Source: a virus
Lineage: Duplodnaviria; Caudoviricetes
Length of the DNA: 35,218 nt
Reading direction: 5' to 3' (one strand)
IMG/VR virus record: IMGVR_UViG_3300037751_000551
Coordinates: 1-35,218 of that record
Shown here one piece after another: positions 34,310-35,218 of the stretch (position 1 is the first letter of the stretch; each line of letters begins with the position of its first letter). Under the pieces are notes generated by a model. That model was not told where the DNA came from, ran no database searches, and saw nothing but the letters and a program-made list of their open reading frames with translations. A program made the translations under genes and the position numbers.

Positions 34310-34671
34310 TGGCTGGCTGCTACGACTGCGGGGTTGAGTACAGCTCCCCTGACTGGATTGAAGCCGTGGTGCCGGATGCCTACTGGCGCCTGATCTCGCC
34401 GACGGCGCCGGAGAACCCGGACGGCGGGCTGCTCTGCTTCCGGTGCATGCGCCTACGCTTTGAGGCGCTGGGCTTCGGCGTGGACAAACTTCCCGTGCCG
34501 TGTCGATTCTACGTTCCCGGAGGCGCCATGCTGAGCGCGCCGTATGCAGGGTTCGACGGCGATACCTGGTTGGATGCGGCCGAGCGGAAACGGTGGATGG
34601 CATTGGCGCAGCCGGAATGCCCGATCCCGGCCAATTTCAATAACCCATCGAGTTGGCGACGCAATGGCTGA
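34309..34671 (+). CDS. Inserted gene 1, CxxC...CxxC putative Zn-binding protein
   Basis: TGATG coupling to the terminase stop; CYDC and CFRC motifs; codon usage less GC-biased than the neighbours. Confidence 0.7.
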   Translation: MAGCYDCGVEYSSPDWIEAVVPDAYWRLISPTAPENPDGGLLCFRCMRLRFEALGFGVDKLPVPCRFYVPGGAMLSAPYAGFDGDTWLDAAERKRWMALAQPECPIPANFNNPSSWRRNG

Positions 34672-34711
34672 CTCCGTCCGCCTCTACGACCTCCAGCGGG
34701 GGGTGTGGTGA
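34664..34711 (+). other. 15-codon chimeric mini-ORF (portal N-terminus fused to terminase C-terminus)
   Basis: Encodes MADSVRLYD+LQRGVW*; the portal starts MAESVRLYD and the terminase ends LQRGVW*. Confidence 0.8.
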
Positions 34712-35028
34712 TGGGGAACCATGACGCTGGCCGGAGCGCCGTGCGCACGGCCGAGGCTATCCTGCGGAGGCGCACAACCGAGACGGCCCTGGCCCTCCTG
34801 GACGAAGCGTGCGGTCCGCTGCGGGATCATTACAGCCCCGGCAGCGGCTGCGACGCGGAGTTCGACGACGAGTGCCTCCCGAACACTGCGTTCGGGAGGC
34901 TTCTCATTGAGGCATTCGCCCCTGGGGAGCGGTTCGAGTCGAAGCCTGGTGATAGAGAATGTGAATGCGAAGATCGGCACTACGAGCGGGTGATTGCGCC
35001 CTTCCGCGCACGCTACCACCTCTGGTGA
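34711..35028 (+). CDS. Inserted gene 2, hypothetical protein
   Basis: TGATG coupling to the mini-ORF stop; atypical codon usage. Confidence 0.7.
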   Translation: MGNHDAGRSAVRTAEAILRRRTTETALALLDEACGPLRDHYSPGSGCDAEFDDECLPNTAFGRLLIEAFAPGERFESKPGDRECECEDRHYERVIAPFRARYHLW

Positions 35029-35035
35029 GCTCCTG

Positions 35036-35218
35036 ATGGCTGAATCCGTCCGCCTCTACGACGCCTACGACCGGCCGGTGAACCTGGCCGCGCTGCGCCG
35101 CGAGCACGCCGCGCCGCAGGTCGCCGGCGTGCGCACGGTGTGGCAGGACACGGTCGCCTCCGGCCTCACGCCCAAGCGCCTGGCCGCGCTGATCCGCCGC
35201 GCGGACGACGCCGACCAC
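35036..35218 (+). CDS. Portal protein (Mu gp29 / DUF935), 5' part
   Basis: MAESVRLYDAYDRPVNLAALRREHAAPQVAGVRTVW...SGLTPKRLAALIRRAD; downstream of the terminase. Confidence 0.88.
   Translation, partial: MAESVRLYDAYDRPVNLAALRREHAAPQVAGVRTVWQDTVASGLTPKRLAALIRRADDADH

Larger units (their letters stand above)
34288..35062 (+). repeat. Duplicated gene-junction repeats bounding two inserted genes
   Basis: 25-bp CCTCCAGCGGGGGGTGTGGTGATGG at 34288 and 34690; 27-bp ATGGCTGAMTCCGTCCGCCTCTACGAC at 34664 and 35036 (1 mismatch). Confidence 0.92.
1..35218. mobile_element. Mu-like transposable prophage/phage, contractile tail (partial, no ends in window)
   Basis: MuA DDE transposase plus MuB ATPase, ner, gam-like, gemA-like and mor-like genes, Mu-type terminase and portal, protease I, capsid T, sheath and baseplate genes in Mu-like synteny. 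Confidence 0.97.

Noticed and set aside
1-35218. Phage att ends, gin/mom, tRNA or rRNA genes
   Set aside because: None recognisable; both window edges fall inside phage genes

Overview
The whole 35.2-kb, very GC-rich window is the interior of a Mu-like transposable (pro)phage with a contractile tail. Neither genome end is present: the tail fiber gene runs off the left edge and the portal gene off the right. The minus strand carries ner, an ORF6N-type gene, the MuA transposase, the MuB ATPase, about 20 small accessory genes (including gam-like, gemA-like and mor-like), and then protease/scaffold, capsid, neck, sheath, tube, tape measure, baseplate and tail fiber genes. The plus strand carries a CI/LexA-type repressor, a gpF-like accessory gene, the lysis genes, both terminase subunits, two inserted genes and the portal. 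The late genes are therefore split into two divergent operons around the early region, each preceded by an identical 24-bp element. The most unusual signals are: (i) a dense TGAAGC motif array in both orientations inside a membrane-protein gene with a putative DNA-binding tail; (ii) a cassette-like array between terminase and portal, bounded by duplicated gene ends that form an in-frame portal/terminase mini-ORF; (iii) a signal-peptide-like extension on the major capsid protein; and (iv) a tail fiber built from near-identical 46-aa beta-propeller-like repeats. All family assignments come from motif recognition and synteny, not database searches.
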